A program made the position numbers and the translations under genes. A stretch of 63,831 nucleotides of DNA, counting the filler, from Octopus bimaculoides (Eukaryota): assembly GCF_001194135.2 (NCBI RefSeq). It is 7 parts of 7 records of this genome, joined end to end, with 100 filler letters (N's around TTAATTAATTAA, not from the genome) between each part and the next. Parts side by side here need not be neighbours in the genome. Positions count along the whole stretch, not along the records: positions 1 to 13,635 come from NC_069007.1; 6 more parts are not named here. One strand, 5' to 3'. Shown here one piece after another: positions 1-13,635 of the stretch. The number at the start of each line of letters is the position of its first letter. Within the stretch, counting starts at the first letter, position 1. Below the pieces are notes generated by a model that saw only the letters and a list, made by a program, of their open reading frames with translations, was not told where the DNA came from and searched no databases.

Positions 1-64
<64 letters not shown>

Positions 65-69
65 CATGT

Positions 70-793
70 ATTATTTAATAAAAACCGTATAGATTTTTTT
101 ATGAACAACCAATAATTTCATGTGATGTAAACGACTCAGACAGCATTTCATAACATGTCTAGTGCTTTCACACAATCCTTGGGCTATGCCCACATGGCAT
201 AACAAGCTAAAACAGGATGATAGCATTATCGAAAATGTGAGAAAAGGCAAGAAAGTAGATGCAAAAGGTGGAAGGTTGAAAACACTGGAAAACAAAAGGA
301 AACAGAAAATGAAAAAAGAAGAAAGGGGGAGAATTAGAATTATGTCTCCTTTGACTGTAAAGTTATAAAACTGAATGGATAGGAACCTAGCGTCTGCAGT
401 ACAGCTGCTCAATCGGGAGAGTGTGGTATTTTCCAATTCATCAATAGAAACTAATCCATATGTTTACATCCACTGAAAATTTCCCTATCCATTCAGCCTT
501 TTGACATTACAGTCAGAGGGGACATAACTCGAATTCTCCATTTTTTTCTTTTTCCATTTCCTTTCATTTTCCGATGTTTGCAACCTTCCATCTTTTGCAT
601 CTAGTTTCTTCTCACTTTTTCTCATATTTTCTCTCGTCCTATTGTCCTGTTTTAGCTTGTTATATACCATGTAGGCTTAGCCTAAAGATTTCATGAAGGC
701 ACCAGACGTGTTATAAAATGCTGTCTGTGTTGTTTTTATTGCATGAAACTATTAGTAGCTCATAAAAATATATTCTGGGCTTATTAGATAATA
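70..793. repeat. Large imperfect inverted repeat (fold-back): arms ~70-383 and ~484-793, ~100-bp spacer
   Basis: Arm 1 contains AACAAGCTAAAACAGGA, TAGATGCAAAAG and CTGAATGGATAGG; their reverse complements occur in arm 2. ORFs 162-368(+) and 485-670(-) translate to homologous peptides (NKLKQD...DAK.GRL). Confidence 0.9.
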
Positions 794-998
794 GTGAACA
801 GTTAGATTCACAATGATGACATGCATATTAATTCATAATACGTTCCGGTGGATTCAAACGTGAATATGCTAATCACTGTTGAGTGTGTCACAGGAAAATT
901 ACTTCCTCACCGTATGAATCGAGAGTTATAAATGCATATTCATCAGAATGGAGGATACACAAACACATGCATATACACATGCATATACATCATACGCA

Positions 999-1352
999 TT
1001 AGACTGCAACCATGCTGGAGCGCTGTCTTGATGAAAATTTGTTAAAAGAATCAACTCCAGTACTTACATTTGTAAGCCTGGTACTCGTTCTATCAGTCTC
1101 TTTTGCCAAACCGCTAAGTTACAGGGACGTAAACATGCTAACACTGGTTGTCAAGTTGGTGAACAAACAGACACACACACACACACACACATGCTGAGTT
1201 TCGTTCAGTTTCCATCTACCAAATCCACTCACAAGGCTTTGGTTGGCCCAGGGCTATAGTAGAAGACACTTGCCCTAGCTGTCACACAATGGGACTAAAC
1301 CCACAACCATGTGGATGGGAAGCAAGCTTCTTACCACACAGTCACACCTGCA
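999..1352 (-). mobile_element. SINE family A, diverged copy
   Basis: CATGCTGGAGC tail and CAAATCCACTCACAAGGC body motifs. Confidence 0.8.
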
Positions 1353-2091
1353 CCTAAGATGTGTGTAGAATGAATATTCTACACATATCTTAGGGTTTGT
1401 GAGTATGTATACATTCATGCAGAAAATGAAACCAGAATTTTACAGAAATCATCATCATCATCATCATCATCGTTTAACGTCCGCTTTCCATGCTAGCATG
1501 GGTTGGACGATTTGACTGAGGACTGGTGAAACCGGATAGCAACACCAGGCTCCAGTCCGATTTGGCAGAGTTTCTACAGCTGGATGCCCTTCCTAACGCC
1601 AACCACTCAGAGAGTGTAGTGGGNNNNNNNNNNNNNNNNNNNNNNNNNNNNNNNNNNNNNNNNNNNNNNNNNNNNNNNNNNNNNNNNNNNNNNNNNNNNN
1701 NNNNNNNNNNNNNNNNNNNNNNNNNNNNNNNNNNNNNNNNNNNNNNNNNNNNNNNNNNNNNNNNNNNNNNNNNNNNNNNNNNNNNNNNNNNNNNNNNNNN
1801 NNNNNNNNNNNNNNNNNNNNNNNNNNNNNNNNNNNNNNNNNNNNNNNNNNNNNNNNNNNNNNNNNNNNNNNNNNNNNNNNNNNNNNNNNNNNNNNNNNNN
1901 NNNNNNNNNNNNNNNNNNNNNNNNNNNNNNNNNNNNNNNNNNNNNNNNNNNNNNNNNNNNNNNNNNNNNNNNNNNNNNNNNNNNNNNNNNNNNNNNNNNN
2001 NNNNNNNNNNNNNNNNNNNNNNNNNNNNNNNNNNNNNNNNNNNNNNNNNNNNNNNNNNNNNNNNNNNNNNNNNNNNNNNNNNNNNNNNNNN

Positions 2092-2450
2092 GTTTCAGTT
2101 AATTGACTGTGGCCATGCTGGAGCACCGCCTTTAGTCGAGCAAATCGACCCCATGACTTATTCTTTGTAAGCCTGGTACTTATTCTATCAGTCTCTTTTT
2201 GCCGAACAGCTAAGTTATGGGGACGTAAATACACCAGCATCGGTTGTCAAGCGATGTTGGGGGGACAAACACAGACACACAAACACATACACACACACAC
2301 ATACATATATATATACATATATACGACGGGCTTCTTTCAGTTTCCGTCTACCAAATCCACTCACAAGGCTTTGGTCGACCCGAGGCTATAGTAGAAGACA
2401 CTTGCCCAAGGTGCCACGCAGTGGGACTGAACCCAGAACCATATGGTTGA
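2092..2450 (-). mobile_element. SINE family A copy
   Basis: Reverse complement of the family A consensus. Confidence 0.88.
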
Positions 2451-2856
2451 GAAATAAATAGTTGTAGTTGTGGTGGTGGTGGTGGTGGTGGTGGTTGTAA
2501 TGGAGGAGGTGCTGTTGGTGTTGGCAGTGGTGATGCTGGTGACAGCAGCGGTGGTGGTAATGGTGGTGCTGGTGCTGGTGATGGTGGCGGTGGTAATGAT
2601 GACAGATAATTATATATATATATAAATATAAACAGGCTCAAAACGTAAAAGACTTTCTCACTTTACCGAATGCCAAACTAATACGCCTGCTTGTTGTTCA
2701 TACACCTGTCTTTGTCTTTTGTTTTTCTGTAAATTTCTACTATATATCAATACATACATACACATATCTATCTATATATACATATACATATACACATACA
2801 CACACATATAGACATACGCACACAAGCACACACACACACACACACATATAAACACA

Positions 2857-2895
<39 letters not shown>

Positions 2896-3554
2896 GCATG
2901 TGGTTAGAGCATTTGGCTCATGATTGAAAGTTGCAAGTTTGATTTCCTGAAGCACAATGTGCCCTTGAGCAAGACACTTAATTTCACTTTGCTCCGACTA
3001 TCACTCAGCTGGCAAAAATGAGTTATACCTGGAGTTCAAAAGGGCCAGCCTTGTCTCATTCTATGTCATTCTGCCTCTCCCTGAGAATTGTGCTAATCGT
3101 ATGCGTAACTATGGATACATGCAGCTTTAAAGAGAATGAGAGAAATAGTACATCTATGGTCCATTAATGAGGAGTTTGCAAATCCAATATCCAAGATACA
3201 CTTTCAGCTTTATACCTATTATTATTATTGGGGCAACAGGATACATACTGATCAGTCTGGAGCAAAGTTTGGCTGAACTTGGGATGTTGGGGGAGAGAAC
3301 GCAAATCCTTAAATTCATATGCTACAAATGATCATGATATCTGGGATTAAAAAAACCTGCAAGACCTTCTTAAGATTTAAGGGATAAGGAACAAAACAAG
3401 ATGTTCTCTTTCACAATGTTGCTACTAAACAGGTGGCCAGTCAAAATTTGTTCTAAATTAAAGGTAAAAGAGAAGAAGCATACATGCATGCATACATATT
3501 TACATTTGGAGCGATGGATGGATAGGTGGATACTCTCCCTCTCTCTCTTTACTC

Positions 3555-3957
3555 TTATACTTGTTTCAGTCATTTGACTGTGGCCATGCTGGAGCACCAC
3601 CTTTAGTCGAGCAAATCGACCCCAGGACTTATTCTTTAGAAGCCTAATACTTATTCTATCGGCCTCTTTTTGCCAAACTGCTAAGTTACGGGGACGTAAA
3701 CACACCAGCATCGGTTGTCAAGCGATGTTGGGGGGACAAACACAGACACACAAACACACATACATACATATATATATACATATGCATATATACAACAGGC
3801 TTCTTTCAGTTTCCGTCTACCAAATCCACCCACAAGGCTTTGGTCGGCCCGAGGCTATAGTAGAAGACACTTGCCCAAGGTGCCACGCAGTGGGACTGAA
3901 CCTTGAATCATGTGGTTGGTAAGCAAGCTACTTACCACACAGCCACTCCTGCGCCTA
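3555..3957 (-). mobile_element. SINE family A copy
   Basis: Reverse complement of the family A consensus, head to tail. Confidence 0.9.
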
Positions 3958-5051
3958 TGTGTAGATATGTATATATCTACACATCATCATTATCATCATC
4001 AGTAGCAGCAGCAACAGCTGGACACTGGACATGAATGTCTTGAACTCAAGAACTGAATCAGAACATTCCCCTTACTGGGTGGTCCATTGCAGGGTCCTGA
4101 ATGGACTGAAGCAATATTAAATGAAGAGCATTGCCCAAAAACACAAAGCACCACCCAGTTTGGGAATACAAACCCCAAATTTGTGACTATGAGTGCAACA
4201 CCCTAACCCCTAAATCATGCACCTTTACCTAAATACACATAAAAACATATCCCAACAGATAGGATCAAATTTTTGATATTATTTATTCACCATTACACAT
4301 GTTTCCTTACAGGGGTTACAGAGTTATACATGTAGGAGAAACATGAAGGGCATCTCCAATTAAAAATTCATCTAAACAAAGGATCAAATAATTATTTGAT
4401 TCTCTATCTGAAGAATTTCTTATAGGAGATATCTTTGATGTTTATTCTACAAGTACATTTTTGTAACTCCAATTAGTAAACAAAACATGTGTAATGGTGA
4501 GTATATAATACCAAAAACTTTTTCCCAATCTCCTTGTTTGATACGTAATTACTCTGCAAAACTATTTTCCAGTATTTTTCAAATCTTCTGCATGCCTCAT
4601 CCAAATATAAAATATGCATACAATTCCAAAGCACAGGAATATGCAGATATGCTTTCTGATAACACAGCCCAGATTATAACCCAATATGCACTAAAATCCA
4701 ATACACACAAACACACACACACATAAACACACACACATACATACACTCCCACACACAATAGAACTGACTGGTTTCCCAGAGACCTGTGAATCAACATTCT
4801 CTTCTTCGGTGAGACAAGGCAAACAACATTTCATGATAAAATATTGAAATATGAAAGGAGATTCACTTGGCAGCTAGAGACCTTCATATCATATATCTAT
4901 ACACATTTGACTGCATATATACACACAAACACACACACACATATACATATATATATGTATGTATACATATATACATATATATGTATGTATGTGTATATAG
5001 ATACATATACACACATACACAAAACACATATATGTATACACATTCATATAC

Positions 5052-5082
<31 letters not shown>

Positions 5083-5375
5083 CATATAAACATGCATATG
5101 TGCATACATATACACATATATACATATATAGGTATACATATATGTGGCTATGTGGTAAGAAGCTTGCTTCCCAACCAAATGGTTCTAGGTGCAGTCAAAC
5201 TGTGACACCTTCAGCAAGTGTCTTCTACTATAGCCTCAGCAAAAAAGATCAATAGAATAAGTTCTAGGCTTGCAAAGAATAAGTCCTGGGAACTCCAGCA
5301 TGGCCATAGTCAAATGATGTAAACACACCAACATCGGTTTCCAAGCGATGGTGGGATAAACACAGACACACAACC

Positions 5376-5415
<40 letters not shown>

Positions 5416-5883
5416 NNNNNNNNNNNNNNNNNNNNNNNNNNNNNNNNNNNNNNNNNNNNNNNNNNNNNNNNNNNNNNNNNNNNNNNNNNNNNNNNNNNNN
5501 NNNNNNNNNNNNNNNNNNNNNNNNNNNNNNNNNNNNNNNNNNNNNNNNNNNNNNNNNNNNNNNNNNNNNNNNNNNNNNNNNNNNNNNNNNNNNNNNNNNN
5601 NNNNNNNNNNNNNNNNNNNNNNNNNNNNNNNNNNNNNNNNNNNNNNNNNNNNNNNNNNNNNNNNNNNNNNNNNNNNNNNNNNNNNNNNNNNNNNNNNNNN
5701 NNNNNNNNNNNNNNNNNNNNNNNNNNNNNNNNNNNNNNNNNNNNNNNNNNNNNNNNNNNNNNNNNNNNNNNNNNNNNNNNNNNNNNNNNNNNNNNNNNNN
5801 NNNNNNNNNNNNNNNNNNNNNNNNNNNNNNNNNNNNNNNNNNNNNNNNNNNNNNNNNNNNNNNNNNNNNNNNNNNNNNNNNNN

Positions 5884-6214
5884 GGGCAAGTGTCTTCTAC
5901 TATAGCCTCGGGCCGACCAAAGCCTTGTGAGTGGATCTGGTAGACGGAAACTGAAAGAAGCCTGTCGTATATATGTATATATATATATATGTATGTGTGT
6001 ATGTGTTTGTGTGTCTGTGTTTGTCCCCCCAACATCGCTTGACAACCGATGCTGGTGTGTTTATGTCCCCGTCACTTAGCGGTTCGGCAAAAAAAGATTG
6101 ATAGAATAAATACTAGGCTTCTAAAGAATAAGTCCTGGGGTCGATTTGCTCGACTAAAGGCGGTGCTCCAGCATGGCCACAGTCAAAAGACTGAAACAAG
6201 TAAAAGAGTAAAGG
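5884..6214 (+). mobile_element. SINE family A copy (head lost in gap)
   Basis: Body and tail match the consensus. Confidence 0.88.
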
Positions 6215-6235
6215 AGAGAGTGCTTTTATCTTTAG

Positions 6236-6625
6236 CCTTTACATGTTTCAGTCATTAGACTGCAGCCATGCTGGAGCACCGCCTTGTAGAATTTCACTCG
6301 AATGAATCGACCCCAGTACTTATTTTATCAAAGGCTGGTACTTATTCTATTGGTCCATTTTGCTGAACTATTAAATTATGGGGACATAAACACACCAACA
6401 CCAGTTGTCAAGCAGTGCTATAGAACATGCACAGACACAAAGACACACACACAAACACACGCACACACAGAGGACAGTCTTCTTTAAGCTTCCATCTACC
6501 AAATCTACTCACAAGATTTTGGTCAACCTGAAGCTATAGCAGAAAACACTTGCCCAAAGTACCACACAGTGGACTGAACCTGGAACCATGTGGTTGGGAT
6601 GGAAAATTTTTACCATACAGCCATT
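6236..6625 (-). mobile_element. SINE family A-related diverged copy, tail-to-tail with 5884-6214
   Basis: GTTTCAGTCATTAGACTGCAGCCATGCTGGAGCACCGCC tail and CAAATCTACTCACAAG body. Confidence 0.8.
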
Positions 6626-6846
6626 CTACACATCACCCACATAACCATATACCATGCCCCATGGCATCATACCACATTATAAACCATATTATACCATACT
6701 GCATCACACCACACTGTATATCACCACAGCATACCACATTGTAGCAAAACTTAGTGACAAATATACCTCAACAATTTTGATCCTAATCCAACTGGGACTG
6801 CCCCTAATGCTATGATACAAACTTCTTATTTTAAAGTCGTCTAAGC

Positions 6847-7125
6847 CAGGGGTTTTCAAACTTTTTGACTTGCAGACCCCTTTGTATTTCAGGCTTTACG
6901 TTAGGGACCCCCTTATAAACGCTTATGAAATTTATACATAAATATTTGCTTAAAATAACATATATTTTTACATTTATTTATTTAACAGTATTTAACAAAT
7001 AGGTTTATTGTCAATTAAAAGATTTCGATTAAAAAACATATATAAAATCAAATTGCCCATAAAAAGTATTTGCTGTCCACGGACCCCCTGTCTTGTCCTT
7101 GCGGACCACAGTTTGAAAACCCCTG
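6847..7125. mobile_element. hAT (Charlie-like) MITE
   Basis: Perfect 15-bp TIRs CAGGGGTTTTCAAAC / GTTTGAAAACCCCTG and a perfect 8-bp TSD GTCTAAGC (6839-6846, 7126-7133). Confidence 0.95.
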
Positions 7126-8319
7126 GTCTAAGCTATAAACNNNNNNNNNNNNNNNNNNNNNNNNNNNNNNNNNNNNNNNNNNNNNNNNNNNNNNNNNNNN
7201 NNNNNNNNNNNNNNNNNNNNNNNNNNNNNNNNNNNNNNNNNNNNNNNNNNNNNNNNNNNNNNNNNNNNNNNNNNNNNNNNNNNNNNNNNNNNNNNNNNNN
7301 NNNNNNNNNNNNNNNNNNNNNNNNNNNNNNNNNNNNNNNNNNNNNNNNNNNNNNNNNNNNNNNNNNNNNNNNNNNNNNNNNNNNNNNNNNNNNNNNNNNN
7401 NNNNNNNNNNNNNNNNNNNNNNNNNNNNNNNNNNNNNNNNNNNNNNNNNNNNNNNNNNNNNNNNNNNNNTGCTAACCATTTTCATAGCAACCAGTCAGAG
7501 ATTTGCCCCTGGTTCTAGGATACAAACTTCCTTTTTCGAAGTGATCTAAACTAAAAACTTCCATCAGAATTCCTTGTAAATCTACATTCCAAAAGCCAGC
7601 TTAATAATGATGAAATTATTTTACTACGTTCTTCATTATTTTCAAAATTAATTAAAACAAAGTAAATAGCAGAGACTCCAGCAAACAAGATCTGAAGAAG
7701 GAATTTTAATTCCGAAATATCATCGGACTATAGATAACCAAGTTACAACAGGTATATAGTCCATTTTTTGTTCTATAGTGCATTGTTATACCATTCTAAG
7801 CTTTTTATTCTTTACAAAGTAACTGTATTTTAACAGAAATATGGTAAGGAATGGATTAAGCGAATCTTGGATAAAACGTTCCACCAGAATTTCATGTAAA
7901 TTTATGTCCCAAACACCAACTAATTAATGACTGAGTGATTTTACTAAATTCTTCATTAATTTCAAAATTAAATTAAAGTCAGCGTATATCAAACAGCGGT
8001 ATGGTAGTAGAAGGTTATTTGTTAAGGCTATCTTTACAGATATTCTATAGAAATTACAGCCAGCACTAATTTTTGTTCCTGTGTTTCATATACGAGACGT
8101 CAGATGTAAACAAACAATGAGATCAAAGATGAAAATAGGTAGTGGGCATATCTGCCACATTTCGATGGGTTTTGTCTCTTCATCAGCACCCATTTAACCC
8201 ATTGCTTAAATAGCCACTATATATAGCAGTTTATAGTTATTGGATTGACCAATGTACATAGCGCACAACACAGTGGAGCATGGTATTGACTTATAAAACT
8301 GCTGAATATACTTTATAGT

Positions 8320-8702
8320 GTGGAGGCACAATGGCTCAGTGGTTAGGGCAGCAGACTCGCGGTCATAGGATCGCAGTTTTGATTCCCAGACTGGGCGTTG
8401 TGAGTGTTTATTGAGCGAAAACACCTAAAGCTCCACGAGGCTCCGGCAGGGGATGGTGGCAAACCCTGCTGTACTCTTTCACCACAACTTTCTCTCACTC
8501 TAACTTCCTGTTTCTGTTGTGCCTGTAATTCAAAGGGTCAGCCTTGTCACACTGTGTCACACTGAATCTCCCCCGAGAACTACGTTAAGGGTACACGTGT
8601 CTGTGGAGTGCTCAGCCACTTGCACGTTAATTTCACGAGCAGGCTGTTCCGTTGATCGGATCAACTGGAACCCTCGACGTCGTAAGCGACAGAGTGCCAA
8701 CA
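8320..8702 (+). mobile_element. tRNA-derived SINE family B (~380 bp)
   Basis: A box TGGCTCAGTGG and B-box-like TTTGATTCCC. Near-identical copies at 18146-18512(-) and 48544-48918(+). Confidence 0.9.
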
Positions 8703-8896
8703 CATACTTTATAGTACATTATGGTTACAGAACGAAATATCATGTACCTACAAGTCATTGGTAACAGAAGGGTTTAAGTAAATCTTGGTTAAAACTTTTA
8801 ATCAAATTTCCAAACACCAACTTAATAATGATAAGCTTATTTTACTAAATTCTTTGTTATTTTCAAAATTAATTGAAGGAAAGAGAATGTAATTAA

Positions 8897-9189
8897 CCCA
8901 TTACCTACCAGTGTGATCTCATATGAGATCACTTAAAAATTACAAATTTCGTAATTATCTGTCAATATTTACACATATCTAACCTTTTTGCTATATCTAC
9001 TAGGTATATTTCTCTGATATTCAAATGAGGTTTGCTAATTTTTCACACAATATCTCACTTATTTCTATTTAAGATGTTATTTTGAAATGTTATTTTGCTC
9101 AATCCAGCGTGTTTCTAAGGCTGTTTTATGCTAGAAATCAAAGTTTCATAAAAAAAATTCCAGTTAATAGAATTATGGGAGGTAATGGG
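8897..9189 (+). mobile_element. piggyBac-type MITE, copy 1
   Basis: TTAA TSDs (8893-8896, 9190-9193), TIRs CCCATTACCT / AGGTAATGGG, and an internal 20-bp palindrome GTGATCTCATATGAGATCAC (8913-8932). Confidence 0.9.
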
Positions 9190-10226
9190 TTAAACAGAAA
9201 TATGTTAACAAAAATGGTCGTCATTACTCTTGGACATTTCTATCAGACCAGTACCACCACTACAACTCCTACCACTATCGCTATCATCCTATCATATAGA
9301 CAGTCTTTATATTAGATACTCATCTTGATTTCTCTTCTCTTTCTTCTCAACCATCTCAAAAATCCACTTTTTAAAGAAATGTTAGGTTTTTCTGTCAGCA
9401 TCCTTCATCTTTCAACATACAAACATTCCACACATGCATTCACATATACACACACAAACACATACTTGTCCATGTCCACACATCCCCAAAACATCCACAC
9501 CCACACACAGCCACACACACTCACACATTCATACACTCATTCCTTCACTCACTCACACACATATACACTCACGCAGACACATACACAGCATTAGACTAAC
9601 CGTCCAGCAAACTTGGGACCAGAATTTACTTGGATTTCTGAATTTTCTGGAGACAGTCTCAATATAAACTTAGAAAATAAAATAAACTACAAAATGCAAA
9701 AAAAAAAAAAAAAAGCTAAATTGTATCAATGAGATTCAAAGAAATACGCTTCTGCAGCAGAATTTGTTAAATATCTATTAATCCACTTAAAATTCTTAGA
9801 ATATATTGTATTTTTCATCGTATAAACATTTTACAGTATAATGTTTATAGGATGAAAGTTAACTCAAAAAAAGTAAAGAAAATGGTTTTATTAACAGATG
9901 GAGGCACAAATTAATACACTTCTGAAGCAGAGTCTGTTTCATATTTATAAATCCACTTAAAATTCTTAAAACATGTTGTACAGCACCGTGTATTCTATAT
10001 AATATTTAATGGATTAAATTTAAATGAAGAAAAGTGAAGGACGTGATCTTATTTAACAGATACAAGTTCAAATTAACATACTTCAAAAGAAGGGCCTGTT
10101 TGATTTTTATAAATCCACTAAAAATTCTTAAAATATATCACAATTGTACTCTGTATTGAGTACAATGTTTATAGGATGAAAATTAAACAAAGAAAAGTAC
10201 AGAACTTGATTTAATTTAACAGGTAC

Positions 10227-10643
10227 GGTGCAAGAGTGGCTGTGTGGTAAGTAACTTGCTTACCAACCACATGGCTCTGGTTCAGTCCCACTGCATGGCA
10301 CCTTGGGCGAGTGTCTTCGACTATAGCCTCGGGCCGACCAAGGCCTTGTGAAAGGATTTGGTAGACGGAAACTGAAAGAAACTCGTCGTATATATGTATA
10401 TATATATATGTGTGTGTGTGTGTATATGTTTGTGAGTCTGTGTTTGTCCCCCCAACATCGCTTGACAACCGAGGCTGGTGTGTTTACGTCCCCATAACTT
10501 AGCGGTTCAGCAAAAAGAGAACCGATAGAATAAGTACTAGGCTTATAAAGAATAAGTCCTGGGATCGATTTGCTCGACTAAAAAGGCGGTGCCCCAGCAT
10601 GGCCGCAGTCAAATGACTGAAACAAGTAAAAGCATTAAAAGAG
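10227..10643 (+). mobile_element. Dominant tRNA-derived SINE (family A), full-length copy with internal (TA)/(TG) microsatellite
   Basis: A-box-like TGGCTGTGTGG, B-box-like GGTTCAGTCCC, 3' tail GGCGGTGC.CCAGCATGGCCGCAGTCAAATGACTGAAAC. About 20 copies or fragments in the window. Confidence 0.92.
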
Positions 10644-11720
10644 ATACAGGTACAAAATAATACATTTCTAAAGTAGAATATGTTTGATCTTTAACAAACC
10701 AATTAAAAATGTAATGAGCAAAACTACTTTTAACATACTGTATGTAAATTAACCAACTTCCAAAAACAGGGTCTGTATACAGTATTGCAAAGTAATCTTG
10801 GATTTCTGGAAATTCCAGAATGGGAGGTTTATCGCTTTCCAATCACACGGTTCTGAATTCAGTCCCATAGCACATTGGGCAAGGGTCTTCTACTATAGTG
10901 CCAGGCTGACAAAAGCCTTGTGAGTGGATTTGATGGATCATGTGTGGGTGTGTGTGTGTGTGTCTCTCTGTCTGTGTTTGTTCTTCACCACCACTTGACA
11001 ACTGGTGTTTGTCATGACTGACCATGGGATTGCACCTAGAAAGTTGCCCTCCCAGGCACAAGTCCAGGCAAGGTTGTTTATGGGAGACCAGCAGTCGCCC
11101 ATGCATACCAGCCTCCACTCTCCATGCTACCAGTGTTATCCAAGGGAAAGGCAAAGGGGCCGATACAGCTTGGCACCTGTGACGTCGCAACTCATTTCTA
11201 CAGATGAGTGAACTGCAGCAACGTGAAATAAAGTGTCTTGCTCAAGAACACAACACACAGCCCTGTCCGGGATTCGAATTCACAACCTCACGATCGTGTG
11301 TATGCATATACACACACACATACATGCATACACAGTTTTGTAGATGCAAACAAGAACAGGTGTCACAAAACACATGAGTTTAAATTTTTCTTCATGATAT
11401 ATATGTACATACACACACGCACACACGCACACACACACACACACACACACGCGCATGCACACACACATATATATGCATGGCATTATGTCATGCTTGAGAA
11501 GAAGACCCATCAAGCCAAGTAAAATTGCAGTCATGGCAGATACCGATGTCACGCAAATGGCATGAAAATGCAATCATTACACTCTTGGTGTGGTTGGCAT
11601 TAGGAAGGGCACCCAGCCGTAGAAACCATGCCAAATCAGACTGGATTCTGGCGCAGCTTTCCACTTTGCCAGCCCTGGTCAAACTGTCCAACCCATACCA
11701 GCATGGACAATGGATGCTAA

Positions 11721-11755
<35 letters not shown>

Positions 11756-11985
11756 ATGTATATGACTATTTATCAGTTATTCCCCTTTATCTGCATCATC
11801 GTCTATGTAATTATTATCATTAAATGCTTATGTTACATGCTAGTATGTCTGTGAATATATATGTGTATAAAGGAAAAATAAAGTGTGTGTGTGTGTGTGC
11901 GCGTGTACATACAGATGTATAATTATGTTTATATATACATACATTGTAAATAACATCACCACAAACAATTTTATATATATACACA

Positions 11986-12067
<82 letters not shown>

Positions 12068-12212
12068 CAGACAGATAGATATGAATTTACATCTGTGTGT
12101 GTGTGTATATAAATAAATATATAAGTGTGTGTGTATATGAATAAATATATGAGTGTGTGTGTGTGTGTGTATTGCAGAATCATCAGTGATACTGCAAGAC
12201 ACAAAATAAAAT

Positions 12213-12258
<46 letters not shown>

Positions 12259-12354
12259 GTCATGTATGTATATTTTTGTTCTACAACAATGTAAACCTTC
12301 TACACTTAACTTACGCAACATTAAGTACTCTACATAGATACACATACACACTCA

Positions 12355-12395
<41 letters not shown>

Positions 12396-12447
12396 GTCTG
12401 TCTCTCTCTGTCTATCTATCTATCTCTCTATCTATCTGTCTATTTAT

Positions 12448-12495
<48 letters not shown>

Positions 12496-12986
12496 ATACA
12501 CATATATATTTTTACATATATAGGCAACAGATGAGATCCAGAGATTCTTGGTATAGAAAACACTTTGTAGCATTCAAATGATTTGAACTTAGGCTCCGAT
12601 GGTTTTACAAAGGAGCAATTCTGTGGTGTAAAAGAGTGGCTGTAAGAGGAGTCCAGGTGCAAGACTAAGTTGTTATATTTAATTTATCTGCATAACTGCC
12701 TCTGTTTATATATATATATAAATATAGAGAGATATATTTGTAGAAAGATATATATATACTCATACACACACGCATGTGTGTAAACACACACACACATAAA
12801 TATGTCAATAAATATACTGATAGATAGATAGATACATACATACACACATACATATATAGACATTTACAGATATGAATATAGATATATGTATATTAAATAA
12901 AGAATTTTACTATATATGTGTGTGTGTGTGTGTGTGTGTATTTTATGTTCTAACACAACATCCACTTTTAAGCAGATATATGTATG

Positions 12987-13075
<89 letters not shown>

Positions 13076-13635
13076 CGTGAGANNNNNNNNNNAGCCTGGT
13101 GTTGCCATCCAGTTTCACCAGTCCTCAGTCAAATCATCCAACCCATGCTAGCATGGAAAGCGGACGTTAAACGATGATGATGATGATGATGATATAAAGT
13201 GCCTATATGTGTGTATTTGAATAAGAAGATATATGCAACACATTCACACACACATATATTAATATTTTAGCAGAAGTAGTAGAGTGATCAAGGTCCGAGA
13301 GTTTCGTGCATTGGCGAAATATTAATAAAAATATACACATACTCATATTTTGAGCCCTATTTTTCCTGTTTGCATCAACATATATGTATATATACATATA
13401 TATACATATATGTGTATATATATTTTCGTTACCATATCATAAATCAGAAGAGCATACCCTATGAAATATAGAGCAGTTGTTTATTTTTGTATGTGTATTT
13501 TTTTTTTTGCAGAGAATAGTTATCATTTAGCAAAACTGAAGAAATGTCTAGTTCATGCTAGATATGAAACCAATGCATTTTTTCTAAAGTATTATGTTAC
13601 AAGTACAAATATATATATATCTATATATATATATA

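Noticed and set aside
2348-2641. Polyproline-rich ORF
   Set aside because: It is a translation of a degenerate (GGT)n tract plus a SINE.
8217-8270. Minus-strand CCALCTLVNPITINCYI* as an insulin A chain
   Set aside because: The spacing is CC-x2-C-x9-C rather than CC-x3-C-x8-C, there is no dibasic processing site, and an in-frame stop lies 14 codons upstream.
10750-10842. KPPILEFPEIQDYFAILYTDP as a PEBP-family fragment
   Set aside because: The start overlaps a SINE head, the family motif does not continue after TDP, and there are no matching splice sites.
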